Below are positions 1-10,617 of a DNA stretch of 64,000 nucleotides, one piece after another (position 1 is the first letter of the stretch; every line of letters starts with the position of its first letter). The notes under the pieces were generated by a model. It was not told where the DNA came from, made no database searches, and worked only from the letters and a program-made list of their open reading frames with translations. Where the stretch lies: the NCBI GenBank assembly GCA_963705965.1, contig CAVPLI010000001.1:324720-388719 (forward strand), written 5' to 3'. Source of the stretch: an uncultured Actinomycetes bacterium (lineage in GTDB: Bacteria; Actinomycetota; Thermoleophilia; Gaiellales; JALYLC01). Position numbers and translations under genes: made by a program.

Positions 1-1575
1 CCTGGGACTACGAGCGCTTCGAGGAGCTGATGGAGGGCTCCATCCGGCGCGTGCCGGCGATGGAGGAGGCCGAGGTCAAGAAGTTCTTCAACGGCCCCGA
101 GGCGTTCACGCCCGACGGCGAGTTCATCCTCGGCCAGTCGGAGGTGCCGGGCTTCTGGGTCGCCGCGGGGTTCTGCGCGCACGGCCTCGCCGGCGCGGGC
201 GGGATCGGCAAGGTCATGGCGGAGTGGATCGTCGACGGCCAGCCGGAGTGGGACCTCTGGCACATGGACATCCGCCGCTTCGGCCGCCAGTACCGCTCCC
301 AGGCGTTCACGCTCGCCCGCACGATCGAGGTGTACTCGACGTACTACGACATCCGTACCCGGGCGAGGAGCGCCTGGCGGGGCGGCCGCTGCGCGTCTCG
401 CCGGCCTATCCGCGGCACATCGCGAACGGCGCGAGCTTCGGCGAGAAGTCCGGCTGGGAGCGCGTCAACTGGTTCGACCCGAACGCCGGCGACGGCGACG
501 AGTCGCTGCGGCCGCGCGGCTGGGCCGGCCGGAACTGGTCGCCGGCGATCGAGGCCGAGTGCCTCGCCGCGGGCGAGCGCGCGGTGCTGATCGACCAGTC
601 CTCGTTCGCGAAGATCGACGTCCACGGGCCGGGCGCGTGCGCGTTCCTCGAGCGCATGTGCGCCAACGCGGTCGACCGCCCGCTCGGATCGGTCATCTAC
701 ACGCAGCTGCTCAACGCCGCGCGGGGGCATCGAGGCCGACGTGACGCTCGTGCGGCTCGCGAGCGATCGCTACCTGTACGTCACGGGCACGGCGTTCGGC
801 TCGCACAACCTCGCCTGGCTGCGCCAGCACCTGCCCGATGGCGGTCGCACGTCGACGACATCACGCTCGTCGCGGACGTGCTACTGCCTCTGGGGCCCGC
901 GCGCGCGCGACATCCTGCAGCCGCTCACGAAGACCGATCTCTCGCACGAGGCGTTCCCCTACATGCGCGCGCGGGAGATCGCCGTCGGCAACGTGCCGCT
1001 GCTCGCCTCGCGCGTGACCTACGTGGGCGAGCTCGGCTGGGAGCTCTACGCGCCGGCGGAGTACGGCCTCGGGCTCTACGACGTGCTCTCACGACGGCCG
1101 GCGCGCAGCACGGCCTGCGCGGCGGCGGCTACCGCGCGATCGAGTCGATGCGGCTCGAGAAGGGCTATCGCGCCTGGGGCACCGACCTCACGCCCGAGAC
1201 GACGCCGGAGTCGGCGGGCGTGGGCTTCGCCGTGCGGCTCGACAAGGACACGCCGTTCATCGGCCAGGAGGCGCTGCGCGCCGAGCGCGCCGCCGGCGGG
1301 CCGTCCGAGCGGCTCGCGTGCCTCGTGCTCGACGATCCGCGCTCGGTCTGCCTGGGCTCCGAGCCGGTGCGCATCGACGGCGAGCTGTGCGGTCGCGTCA
1401 CGTCGGGCGGCTACGGCAGTCGCGTGCGGCGCAGCATCGCGCTCGCGTACGTGCCGGCCGCGCACGCCGTGGCCGGCACGCGCGCCGAGGTCGAGGTCTT
1501 CGGGGAGTGGGTACCGGCCGAGGTCGTGGAGGGCGCGCTCTACGATCCGGCTGGGAGAAGCGCATCCGGTCTTAG
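1..1575 (+). CDS. Dimethylglycine oxidase / sarcosine dehydrogenase-family protein (FAD oxidoreductase part plus GcvT-type aminomethyltransferase domain); 5' end outside window; frame-disrupted as sequenced
   Basis: Conserved blocks continue across 3 frames: FNGPEAFTPDGEFILGQSEVPGFWVAAGFCAHGLAGAGG, LIDQSSFAKIDVHGPGA, LYVTGTAFGSHNLAWL, VTYVGELGWELYAP, GYRAIESMRLEKGYRAWG, GRVTSGGYG. Frame changes lie near 355, 735, 845, 885, 1090 and 1555. Confidence 0.75.
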
Positions 1576-1583
1576 ACGTCCCC

Positions 1584-2405
1584 TTGCTCGTCGACTATCA
1601 CCTCCATCTCGCGCCCGACGGCGTCGCGCTTGGCGCGGCGGAGCTCTCGCCTGCCCACGTGGCGCTGTACGCCGAGAGCGCCCGCGAGCGCGGCATCGAC
1701 CACGTCTGCCTGACCGAGCACTGCCATCGCTTCCGCCAGGCGGCCGGTCTGCTTCGACCACCCGTTCTGGAACGAGAGCGCGCAGGCCGACCTGGACGCC
1801 TACGTCGACCGCGGTGCGCTCGAACGGCCCGCCCGTGGGCTGCGGGATCGAGCTCGACTGGATCGAGGGGCGCGAGGAGGAGATCGAGGCGCTCGTCTCC
1901 GCGCGCGACTTCGACCTCGTGCTCGGCTCCGTGCACTGGCTCGGCGGTCTCGCCGTCGACCACCCCGACTACGCGATCTGGGAGGAGATGGCGGCCGACG
2001 AGGTCTGGCGGCGCTACTTCGCGCAGGTGCGCGCGGCGGCGGCCTCCGGGCTCTTCGACGTGCTCGCGCACCTCGACCTCGCCAAGGTGTTCGGCCACTG
2101 CGCGAGCCAGTCCGTGATCGACAGCGAGCACGAGCAGACGGCCGATGCGATCGCGGCGGCCGGCATCGCGGTCGAGATCTCGACGGCGGGACTGCGCAAG
2201 GCCGCCGGCGAGCTGTATCCCGCACAGGACCTGCTGCGCGCGCTGCACCGGCGCGGCGTGCCGATCACGCTCGGCTCGGACGGCGCACGTGCCCGAGGAT
2301 CTGGGCCGCGACTACGCCCGCGCGCTCGAGGCCGCGCACGCCTGCGGCTACCGGACGGTGTCGATGTTCAGCGGCCGCGAGCGCCGCGAGGTACCGCTTG
2401 GCTGA
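1584..2405 (+). CDS. PHP-family histidinol-phosphatase-like hydrolase (frame-disrupted)
   Basis: Ordered PHP metal-ligand blocks [33 protein letters not shown] and ITLGSD-AH lie in 3 frames, with shifts near 1745-1800 and 2285. The TTG start at 1584 is a guess. Confidence 0.6.
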
Positions 2406-2879
2406 GCTGCGCGTCGGCACGGCATTCGACGCGCACCGGCTCGTCCCGGGCCTGCCGCTCGTACTCGGCGGCGTCGAGATCCCGCACTCCCACGGCCTCG
2501 AGGGGCACTCCGACGCCGACATCGTCTGCCACGCGCTCTGCGACGCGCTGCTCGGCGCCGCCTGCCTGGACGACATCGGCACGATGTTCCCGTCGAGCGA
2601 CGAGCGCTGGGCGCGGCGCGCGCAGCCTCGATCTGCTCGCCGAGGCCTGGCGCCGCATCGCGGGCATGGGCTGGAGCGTCGTCAACGTCGACGCGTTCGT
2701 CGTGCTGCAGGAGCCGAAGATCGCGCCCTACCGCGACGCCATGCGCGCGCACGTCGCCGACGCCCTGCTGCTGCGACGTGGGGCGCGTGTCGGTGCGCGG
2801 CACCGGCACGGACGGCCTCGGCTTCACGGGCCGCGGCGAGGGCGCGGCCTGCCAGGCCGTCGCGCTGCTGACCCGCTAG
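2398..2879 (+). CDS. ispF: 2-C-methyl-D-erythritol 2,4-cyclodiphosphate synthase (frame-disrupted)
   Basis: [30 protein letters not shown] and DIGTMFP are followed by [18 protein letters not shown] and [22 protein letters not shown] in other frames. Shifts lie near 2615 and 2775. The stop is TAG 2877-2879. Confidence 0.8.
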
Positions 2880-2880
2880 T

Positions 2881-2908
2881 GCTCAATTGGGGCCAGGCCC
2901 CAATGAGC
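2881..2908. terminator. GC-rich hairpin in the 31-nt gap between convergent ispF and the aminopeptidase gene
   Basis: GCTCAATTGGGGCC-A-GGCCCCAATGAGC forms a 13-14 bp stem with one bulge. The core TTGGGGNC..GNCCCCAA recurs at 24267-24299. There is no T-tract. Confidence 0.45.
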
Positions 2909-2910
2909 GG

Positions 2911-3892
2911 TCACACGAGCGCGCCGGTCCTCATCACGACGACGCCGTCGGCCTCGATCGTCGCGTCCGCCATCACGCCGTCGACGTGGATGGCGGCGCG
3001 GTTGTCGCCGCCGTAGCTCCCGCTCGCGTTGTCGCCGAACGCGACGTGCGCGGTGCCGAGCACCTTCTCGTCGGTGATGACGCTGCCCGTGATGCGCGCA
3101 CCCTCGTTCGTGCCGATGCCGAGCTCGGCGACGACGTCGGCGCCCTCGCCGGCTGTCTGCGATCGCGGCGCGCGTCGAGTCGGCGGAGCGGCCGCCCTCG
3201 ACCGAGACGATGCGGCCGCGCTCGAACGTCAGCCGGATCGGCTCGTCGACCAGCCCCACGCCGCCCAGCGCGATCGAGCGGTCGATCACGCACACGCCGT
3301 CCGCGCCCGTGGCGAGCGGCGCGACGAAGACCTCGCCGGCCGGGAGGTTGCCGAACGCACCGGGACGATCGAGCACGCCGTCGTCGAGCTTCCACTCGCG
3401 GCCGGTCACGTCGAACGTGCAGTCGGTGCCGCCCGGCGTCGTCACGCGCACGCGCGCGCGAACCCGCCATCCGCTCGCCCAGGCGCGCGGTCAGCTCGCG
3501 CAGCGCGCCGTAGTCCGCCGCCATCTCGTGCTCGAGGATCGAGTGGTCCATGTGCCCGCCGAAGGCGATGCGCGTCCCGGTCTCGCGGGCGCGCGTGTAG
3601 AGCGGCTTGCGGAAGCCCGCGAACTCGCCGTCGTGGATGTGCACGAACCAGAAGCAGATCGCGTCGGTCGCGGCCAGCGACGCCACGAGCGGCTCGTACG
3701 AGCCGAGCAGCGGGCGAGCGCGCGTCGGGAACGACGACGCACGCGGCCGAGGCCGCGCCCGCCGCCAGCGCGGCATCGCAGAGGCGCGTGCCGACCTCGG
3801 CGAACGGCTCGTCGACGAGCGCCTGGAAGCGCTCGCCGGGCTTGACGGCGAGGCAGGTCGACGGCGTTGGTGGCGTAGACGGGGATGCTCAC
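2911..3892 (-). CDS. M29-family aminopeptidase (AmpS/PepS-like), frame-disrupted
   Basis: Conserved blocks are LLGSYEPLVASLAATDAICFWFVHIHDGEFAGFRKPLYT, TPGGTDCTFDVTGREWKLDDGV, GNLPAGEVFVAP, ELGIGTN-type and GTAHVAFGDN, with C-terminus GVVVMRTGALV*. There are at least 3 frame changes. The GTG start 3892 overlaps the mutY stop (GTGA). Confidence 0.7.
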
Positions 3893-4668
3893 GAAGCGGG
3901 AATCTCCTCGGGTAGCGCGAGCAGGCCGTCGGCACGGCGCACGGCCAGGCCGTCGGCCAGCAGCGACTCGACGACGTCCCGATCGTAACCGCCGTCCGCG
4001 CGCGGCCCGTCCGCGAGCTCCCGCACGAGCGCGGCGCGGCGCTGGCGGCGCGAGCCCTCGAAGCGGCTCTGGCGGCGGAGCGGGGCGTAGGTGCGGCCGC
4101 GCGACGGGCACGAAGCCGCCAGCGGGCAGCGGTCGCAGCGCGGGATGCGCGCGAGGCAGACCTGGGCGCCGAGGTCGAAGAGCGCCTGGTTCCAGTCCCA
4201 CGCGCGCCCGTCCGGCGGCGGTACGTCGGTCGTGCCGAGCGATCGCTCGAGCACGCGGCGCACGTTCGTGTCGAGCGCCGTCACCTGGGCGCCGAACGCG
4301 AAGCACGCGATCGCGCGCGCGGTGTACGGGCCGATCCCCGGCAGACGCTCGAGGCCCTCGACGTCGCGCGGGAACCCGCCCAGCTCGACGACCCGGCGCG
4401 CGGCGTTCTGGAGGTTGAGCGCGCGGCGGTTGTAGCCGAGGCCCGACCAGGCGCGGAGCACGTCGGCGGCGGGCGCCGCCGCGAGCGCAGCCGGGGTCGG
4501 CCAGCGCTCGAGCCACGGCTCGTAGCGCTCCAGCACGCGCGCGACCTGCGTCTGCTGGAGCATGACCTCGCTGACGAGGATCGCGTAGGGGTCGCGCGTC
4601 CTGCGCCACGGCAGGTCGCGCGCGGCGCCGGCGAACCAGTCGAGCAACGCGTCCTGCATCCAGCGCAT
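3889..4668 (-). CDS. mutY: A/G-specific adenine glycosylase, short HhH-GPD form (no NUDIX-like C-terminal domain)
   Basis: Intact frame with LPWRRTRDPYAILVSEVMLQQTQV, GLGYNRRA and LPGIGPYTA (HhH). The 4Fe-4S motif is C-x6-C-x2-C-x5-C (CLARIPRCDRCPLAASC). The start is one of the Met codons at 4689, 4668 or 4659. Confidence 0.85.
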   Translation of the reverse strand: MRWMQDALLDWFAGAARDLPWRRTRDPYAILVSEVMLQQTQVARVLERYEPWLERWPTPAALAAAPAADVLRAWSGLGYNRRALNLQNAARRVVELGGFPRDVEGLERLPGIGPYTARAIACFAFGAQVTALDTNVRRVLERSLGTTDVPPPDGRAWDWNQALFDLGAQVCLARIPRCDRCPLAASCPSRGRTYAPLRRQSRFEGSRRQRRAALVRELADGPRADGGYDRDVVESLLADGLAVRRADGLLALPEEIPAS

Positions 4669-4687
4669 GCGCGACCATGGTAGATGC

Positions 4688-6018
4688 ATGCGCCCGGCCC
4701 GCCTCCGTTTCGCCCCGTCCCCGACCGGCCCGCTGCACCTCGGCTCGGCCGTGGTGGCGGTCGCCAACGCCCTGGGCGCTCGCAGTCTCGGAGGCGAGCT
4801 GCTGCTGCGCATCGACGACACGGATGCGGCGCGCACGGTCGCGGAGGCCGAGCAGGGGATCCTCGACGACCTCGCCTGGCTCGGCCTGGAGGTCACGGGC
4901 GCGCCCGTGCGCCAGAGCGAGCGGCACGAGCTCCACCTCGCCGCCGCGCGCGAGTTGCTCGCCACGGGGCATGCGTATCGCTGCTTCTGCCCACCGTCGC
5001 AGGAGCGCTACGACGGGCGCTGCCGGGCGCTCCCGCGCGGCGAGTCGGAGCGCCGCCACGAGGCGGGCGAGCCGAACGTCGTGCGCTTCCGCGTCCCGGG
5101 CGCCGAGGTCGTCGTGGAGGACGCGACGCGCGGGGCGGTGCGCTTCGCGGGTGACGAGATCTCGGACTTCGTGCTCGTGCGGGCCGACGGACGGCCGACG
5201 TTCGATCTCGCCACCTCCGTGGACGACCGCGATCTCGCGATCACGCACATCGTGCGCGGCGAGGATCACCTCGCGAACTCGGCGCGCCATCTGCTCCTGC
5301 TGCGCGCGCTGGGCGCGGTCGAGCCGGTCTTCGCGCACTGCCCGATCATCGTCGGCGCGGACGGCGAGCGGCTCTCGGCCCGGCGCGGCGCCGAGCCGCT
5401 CGCGGCGCTGCGCGCCCGCGGCGTGCCGCCGGAGGCCGTGGTCGCGTACGCCGCTCAGCTCGCCTGCCCGGCGCAGGGAGGCGCCGAGCGAGGTCGCATC
5501 GCTCGAGGAGCTCGCCGGGCGCTTCTCGCTCGCACGCCTCGGCCGGGGCACGGCGCACGCCGATCCCGCGCATCTCGCGTGGCTGGGCCGCGAGGTGCTC
5601 GCGGCCCTTCCGCTCGACGAGCTCGCGGGCCGCCTGGCGGCGTTCCTGCCGGCGGACACGCCGGAGCCCGTCCTGCACGCGCTCGCAGAGGCGGCGCGCG
5701 GCGCCTCGTCGCTCGGCGAGGTCGCCAACTCTGCTGCAGAATTGGCACAGCGGCCCTCCGGACCGCCTCCGCCCGGCCCGGCGCTGGAGCTCTTCCGCGA
5801 GCTGCGCGAGGCCGACGCGCGCGCGCAGCTGCCCTACGCGGCGGCCGTCAGAGCTCGTCGATCGGCTGCGCGAGCTCGGCGCGAGCCGCGGCCTCTCGGC
5901 CCGCGACGTGCTACACCCTCTGAGAATCGCCCTCACGGGCGCGCCGCACGGCCTGCCGCTTCCGGTCGTGGTCGCGGTGCTGCCGCGTGAGGAAGCCCTC
6001 GAACGCTGCAGGACATGA
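4688..6018 (+). CDS. gltX: Glutamate--tRNA ligase (frame-disrupted)
   Basis: [16 protein letters not shown] (HIGH-type), LLLRIDDTD and [16 protein letters not shown] are present, and the C-terminal anticodon-binding part sits in two further frames. Shifts lie near 5475 and 5850. The stop TGA 6016-6018 overlaps the cysS ATG. Confidence 0.85.
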
Positions 6019-7429
6019 CACCACTGAGGCTCTACGACCGCTTGAGAGACGAGATCGTCGACGTCGAGCCCAGCACGCCCGGCGTGCTGCGGGTCTACAG
6101 CTGCGGTCCCACGGTCTACGGGCGCATCCACGTCGGCAACGCGCGCCCGTACTGGACGGCGATGGTGCTCAAGCGCGCCTCCGAGCAGCTGCTGGACCTG
6201 CCGGCGCGCGTCGCGATCAACATCACGGACGTCAACGACAAGATCTACACCGCCGCGCGTGCAGCAGGGCGTTGCCGTCGCAGGAGCTCGCCGACCGGAT
6301 GGCCGCTGCCTATCGCGCGGACACCGACGGACTCGGGCTCGGGCGGCCCGACGCGGAGCCGCTCGCGAGCCAGACGATCCCCGAGATCGTCGCCCTGATC
6401 GAGCGGCTGATCGAGGAGGACGCGGCCTACGCGACCGCCGACGGAGACGTCTACTTCAGCGTCCAGGCCTATCCGCCGTACGGCGAGCTCTCGGGCCAGC
6501 GCCCCGACGAGCTGATCGCCGGCTCCCGCGTCGAGCCCGGCGAGGGCAAGCGCTCGCCGCTCGACTTCGCGCTCTGGAAGGCCAACAAGCCGGACGAGGA
6601 CACGGCCTGGGACTCGCCCTGGGGGCGAGGGCGGCCCGGCTGGCACATCGAGTGCTCGGCCATGGCGCGCGCGCAGCTCGGCGAGGACTTCGACGTGCAC
6701 GGCGGCGGCCTCGACCTGATCTTCCCGCACCACGAGAACGAGCGCGCCCAGTCGGAGGCCGCCGGCGAGCGCTTCGCGCGCACGTGGATGCACAACGGCA
6801 TGCTCCGCCTCACCGGCGAGAAGATGTCGAAGTCGCTCGGCAACATCGACGGGCTGGCCGAGGCGCTCGAGCGCGTGGGGCGCGAGACGTTGCTCGTGTT
6901 CTTCGCGCAGGCGCACTACCGCAGCCCGGTGGACTACTCCGACTCGACGCTCGAGCAGGCGTCGGCGACGGCGGCGGGTCTCCGCGAGGCGCTGCGCAAC
7001 GCGCGCCGCTACGCCGCCGCGGCCGGCACCGGGAGCGACACGGCCATCCGCACGCAGGCCGACGCGCGCCTTCGAGGCGCTTCGCCGCGTACATGGCCGA
7101 CGACCTCGACACGCCGCGTGCCCTGGCCGAGTTGCACGTCCTCGCCCGCGCGCTCAACACCGCCGTGGCCGGCGGCGAGGCCGATCCGGCCGCCGTGGGG
7201 GCCGCGGCAGACCTGCTCGTGAGCGCGCTCGACGTGCTCGGGCTCGCGTCGCTGGATCAGGAGGCGCGAGACGTCCGAGGAGGCGCTCGCCCTCGCCGTC
7301 GAGCGAGCCGCCGCGCGCGCCGCGGGCGACTACGCGCGCGCCGACGAGTTGCGCGACGAGATCGCGGCGCTCGGCTTCAGCGTGCGCGACACCCCGCAGG
7401 GGCCGCAGGTCGTGCCCCTCGATGGCTGA
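6015..7429 (+). CDS. cysS: Cysteine--tRNA ligase (frame-disrupted)
   Basis: [44 protein letters not shown] and KMSKSLGN are present, plus a C-terminal DALR-like tail. Frame changes lie near 6255, 7075 and 7275. The stop 7427-7429 overlaps the rlmB start. Confidence 0.9.
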
Positions 7430-8164
7430 CCGCGGCGACAAGCCGCCCCGCGACGACCTGGTCTACGGGCTGCAGCCCGTGCGCGAGGCGCTGCGCGGCC
7501 GCCGGCGCGTGCGGGAGGTCGTGTGCACGCGCGAGGCGGCCGAGGCGATGCCGTGGATCGAGAGCTCCGGGCGTGAGGATGTCGATCGCCGTCGCCGATC
7601 GCGTCACGGCGCTCGCCGAGCGGCCCGACCACCAGGGCGTCGTCGCGCTGTGCGATCCGTACCCGTATGCGGACGCGGCGGAGTTGCTCGCACGCCCGGA
7701 CGCGCTCGTCGTCGCGCTCGACGGCGTCACCGACCCCCGCAACCTCGGCGCGATCGCGCGCTCCTGCGAGTGCCTCGGGCGCTCACGGCCTCGTCATTCC
7801 CCGGCACGGCTCCGCCGGCGTCACGGCCGTCGTCGCGAAGGCCTCCGCGGGCGCGATCGAGCACCTGCCGATCGCCCAGGTCACGAACCTCGCCGAGTTG
7901 CTGCGCCGCAACAAGCGCGCCGACCTCTGGAGCTACGCCGCCGCCGAGGACGCGGACTCGACGCCCGATGCGCTCGACCTCACGGGCGGCGTGGTGCTCG
8001 TGCTCGGCGCCGAGGGGACCGGCATCCGGCCGCTCGTGCGCCAGCGCTGCGACGCGGCGGTCCGCATCCCGATGCACGGGCAGATCGGCTCGCTCAACGT
8101 CGCCGTCGCGGCGTCGTTGCTGCTCTACGAAGCCGATCGCCAGCGCCGCGCCGCGCGCCCGTAA
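7422..8164 (+). CDS. rlmB: SpoU/TrmH-family 23S rRNA 2'-O-methyltransferase (RlmB-like), frame-disrupted
   Basis: [47 protein letters not shown] and [22 protein letters not shown] are present. Frame changes lie near 7570 and 7785. Confidence 0.8.
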
Positions 8165-8193
8165 CTCTCAGCCAACTCTCAGGCAACCCTCAG
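8163..8193 (+). repeat. Three direct repeats AAC(T/C)CTCAG at exact 11-bp spacing, immediately after the rlmB stop
   Basis: AACTCTCAG occurs at 8163-8171 and 8174-8182, and AACCCTCAG at 8185-8193. The inverted partner TGAGGGTT lies at 8306-8313, with CTGAGGGT at 8299-8306. Confidence 0.6.
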
Positions 8194-8237
8194 GCGAACG
8201 CCTGTTCGTGCGGCCGGACAAATTCGCCTCAGCGCAC

Positions 8238-8265
8238 TTGCGTTCTTGAGCGTACGTGCTATGTT
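8238..8265 (+). promoter_or_regulatory. Candidate sigma70-type promoter for sigH
   Basis: TTGCGT (8238-8243), a 16-nt spacer, then TATGTT (8260-8265), in a locally AT-richer intergenic region about 115 nt upstream of the sigH start. Confidence 0.35.
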
Positions 8266-8378
8266 CGGCCAATCAGTGGCTCAAGTAGAGGTTGAGAGCT
8301 GAGGGTGAGGGTTCGCGCTGTGTCGCCGGCTGAGGGGTCGGTGCCAGCTGAGAAATACGGGCAGGAGCAGGCATTTCT

Positions 8379-9041
8379 ATGGCAGCGGCAGCGCAACGAA
8401 GCGAGTCGTACAAGGCTCAACGTGAAGTTGAGGATCTCCATCTTGTTCTGCGGGCGCGTTCGGGCAACCGCGCGAGCGAGGCAGAGATCATCCGGCGCTA
8501 CGCGGGCTTCGTCCGCCTCCGCTCGTCGAGCTATTTCATCGCCGGCGGCGATCCGGACGACCTCGTGCAGGAGGGCCTCGTCGGCCTCTACAAGGCGATC
8601 CGCGATTACCGCGTCGACAAGGACACGACGTTCCGCTCGTTCGCCGAGTTGTGCATCACGCGCCAGATCATCACGGCCATCAAGACGGCCACCCGGCACA
8701 AGCACGCTCCGCTCAACGGCGCGCTCTCGTTCAGCCATACGCCGGCGGGCTACGACGACGGCTCCGACTTCACGCTGGGCGACGCGCTGCCCGGATCGCC
8801 GATCGACGATCCTGCGCGCCGCGTCGTCGCGACCGAGGAGCTCGCCGCGCTCGTGGGCTGCCTCGGCTCGAGCCTCTCGCCGCTCGAGGGGCGCGTGCTC
8901 ACGCTCTATCTCGAGGGCCGCTCCTACGAGGAGATCGGCGAGATCGTCGAGTGCGATCCGAAGGCCGTCGACAACGCCCTGCAGCGCGTCAAGCGCAAGG
9001 TCGGCCAGCACCTGGCCACGCGCGCCGTGCTCGACGCCTGA
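8379..9041 (+). CDS. sigH: RNA polymerase sigma factor of the Bacillus SigH (sigma-30) type
   Basis: Intact 220-aa frame. FRSFAELCITRQIITAIKTATRHKHAPLN, LYLEGRSYEEIG and KAVDNALQRVKRK closely match my memory of B. subtilis SigH. The position after gltX-cysS-rlmB is the same as in Bacillus. Confidence 0.8.
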   Translation: MAAAAQRSESYKAQREVEDLHLVLRARSGNRASEAEIIRRYAGFVRLRSSSYFIAGGDPDDLVQEGLVGLYKAIRDYRVDKDTTFRSFAELCITRQIITAIKTATRHKHAPLNGALSFSHTPAGYDDGSDFTLGDALPGSPIDDPARRVVATEELAALVGCLGSSLSPLEGRVLTLYLEGRSYEEIGEIVECDPKAVDNALQRVKRKVGQHLATRAVLDA

Positions 9042-9719
9042 TCAGGCCTTCAGGCGCCCCGGCGTCGCCGCGCCCGGTGATCGTCGCCGCGCCCTTGCGC
9101 AGGGAGATGCCCGTGAGGTGGATGCCCTCGGGCAACGGCCCGAGCTGAATCGGCGCAGCGAGTGCCTGCCTGAGCGTCGCCGAGCCGCCGATCGGCACGA
9201 GCTCGATCGACGATATGCCCACGATTTTGGCTCTGACAGCCGCGTTCAGGCCTCCGGAGTGCAGCGTGGCGCGCCCGTTGCCGATCGTGACGCGCAGCGT
9301 CTTGGACGGCAGGCCGCGCTCGGCCAGGAGCGACCTGCAGGTACGCGCGTGAGAGCCGCTTGCGTCAGCCTGGCGTTGAAGACGACGGACGAGTAATGCA
9401 GCCGCACATCGCCCGAGATCAGGTCCGAGACGTCGACGTCGACGCCGTGGTAGACCGCCTGGGTGCCGGCGAGCCGGAGCCCGTCCCGCTCGAACTGCGT
9501 CGCCTTCACGGTGACGTTCCCGAGCTCGCCGCGCAGGGCGCCCGGCTCCACCGACGTCGCGATCGAGACGCTCACCGGCGTGCCGATGCGATCCTCGATC
9601 GAGCGCGCGGCGAGGCGCTCGACGAACGGGCGCCCCGCGACGAGGCCGATCACCCCCACCACGACGAGGATGAGGGCGAGCAGGATGACGAGGCGAAAGA
9701 GGCGGAAGAGGATGAACAC
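8989..9719 (-). CDS. Membrane-anchored DUF2993/LmeA-like protein (frame-disrupted; 3' end uncertain)
   Basis: An N-terminal TM helix (FRLVILLALILVVVGVIGLVA) is followed by GELGNVTVKATQFERDGLRL and SGDVRLHYSSVVFNARLTQAAL. The frame changes near 9340, then LPSKTLRVTIGNGRATLHSGG and IVGISSIELVPIGG follow. The stop used here overlaps the sigH 3' end and may be an artefact. Confidence 0.5.
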
Positions 9720-9723
9720 GGAT

Positions 9724-10557
9724 TCAGGCGGCGGGCGCTAGCTCAGAGAGCTGCTGTTCGGCATTGTCATGCCGCAACCTGCCGTCGTCATCCCCCGCCC
9801 CGCGCGGAACTTCGACCGCGGCGCCCGCCGCGATCGCCTGATCCCGCGTCGCCCCGCCGGCGAGCGCGAAGCGCACCGCCTGCTTGAGCGCATGCAGGTA
9901 GTCGAGATCGTCGCGTGCGATCTCGCGCGCCTCGGTGCCGGTGAGCGCTCGGCCGTGCCCCGGTGTCACGAGCTCGACGGGATCGCGCTCCAGCTCGGTC
10001 AACAGTGCTGAGAGCGTGGCACGGTAGGCGGCCGTCGACACGTACACGAACGGGAATTCGATGACCGAGAGGTAGTCGCCGACGACCAGCAGCCCGAGAT
10101 CGCGCACCCGGAAGCCCGCGCCGCAGGCCGTGTGGCCGGGCAGCGCCATCGTCTCGATCGCGAACGGGCCGACCTGGAGGGCCTCGCCCGGGTCGAAGAC
10201 GAGGTCGGCTCGCGGTGCGCCGTCCCAGCTGAGACCTTCCTCGCCGCCGTGGCGGACGACCTCCTCGGCGGCCTGGCCGCTCGCGATGCGGTCGGCGGCT
10301 CCGCGGCTCATGATCGCGGGGACGCCCGGGAAGGCGGAGATCCCGCACACGTGATCCCAGTCGGCGTGCGTGATCAGCAGGCCGCGCACCTCGAGCCCGC
10401 GCGACGCGACGTCGCCGGCGATCGCCGCGATCTCCGGAGCCGACACTCCCGGATCGACGAGCACCGCCTGGCCGTCGGCGTGCAGGGCCAGCGCGGTCGT
10501 CTCCCAGAGCGCGCTCTCGTAGCGGATCACGCCTGGGCGCAGATCGACCGCGGTCAC
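9724..10557 (-). CDS. MBL-fold metallo-hydrolase
   Basis: Intact 277-aa frame with LLITHADWDHVCG (HxHxDH-type), ALPGHTACG and VTPGHG. Confidence 0.8.
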   Translation of the reverse strand: MTAVDLRPGVIRYESALWETTALALHADGQAVLVDPGVSAPEIAAIAGDVASRGLEVRGLLITHADWDHVCGISAFPGVPAIMSRGAADRIASGQAAEEVVRHGGEEGLSWDGAPRADLVFDPGEALQVGPFAIETMALPGHTACGAGFRVRDLGLLVVGDYLSVIEFPFVYVSTAAYRATLSALLTELERDPVELVTPGHGRALTGTEAREIARDDLDYLHALKQAVRFALAGGATRDQAIAAGAAVEVPRGAGDDDGRLRHDNAEQQLSELAPAA

Positions 10558-10617
10558 GCCGTCAGGATAGGGGACGCCCAGGTTGCGGCCGGGTAGTCAC
10601 GGGGCAATACTCACTCG

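Noticed and set aside
8989-9222. The track ORF 8989-9222 (-), considered as an independent small gene.
   Set aside because: It continues the DUF2993/LmeA-like protein after a single frame change near 9340 (LPSKTLRVTIGNGRATLHSGG...IVGISSIELVPIGG). It has been merged into that gene.
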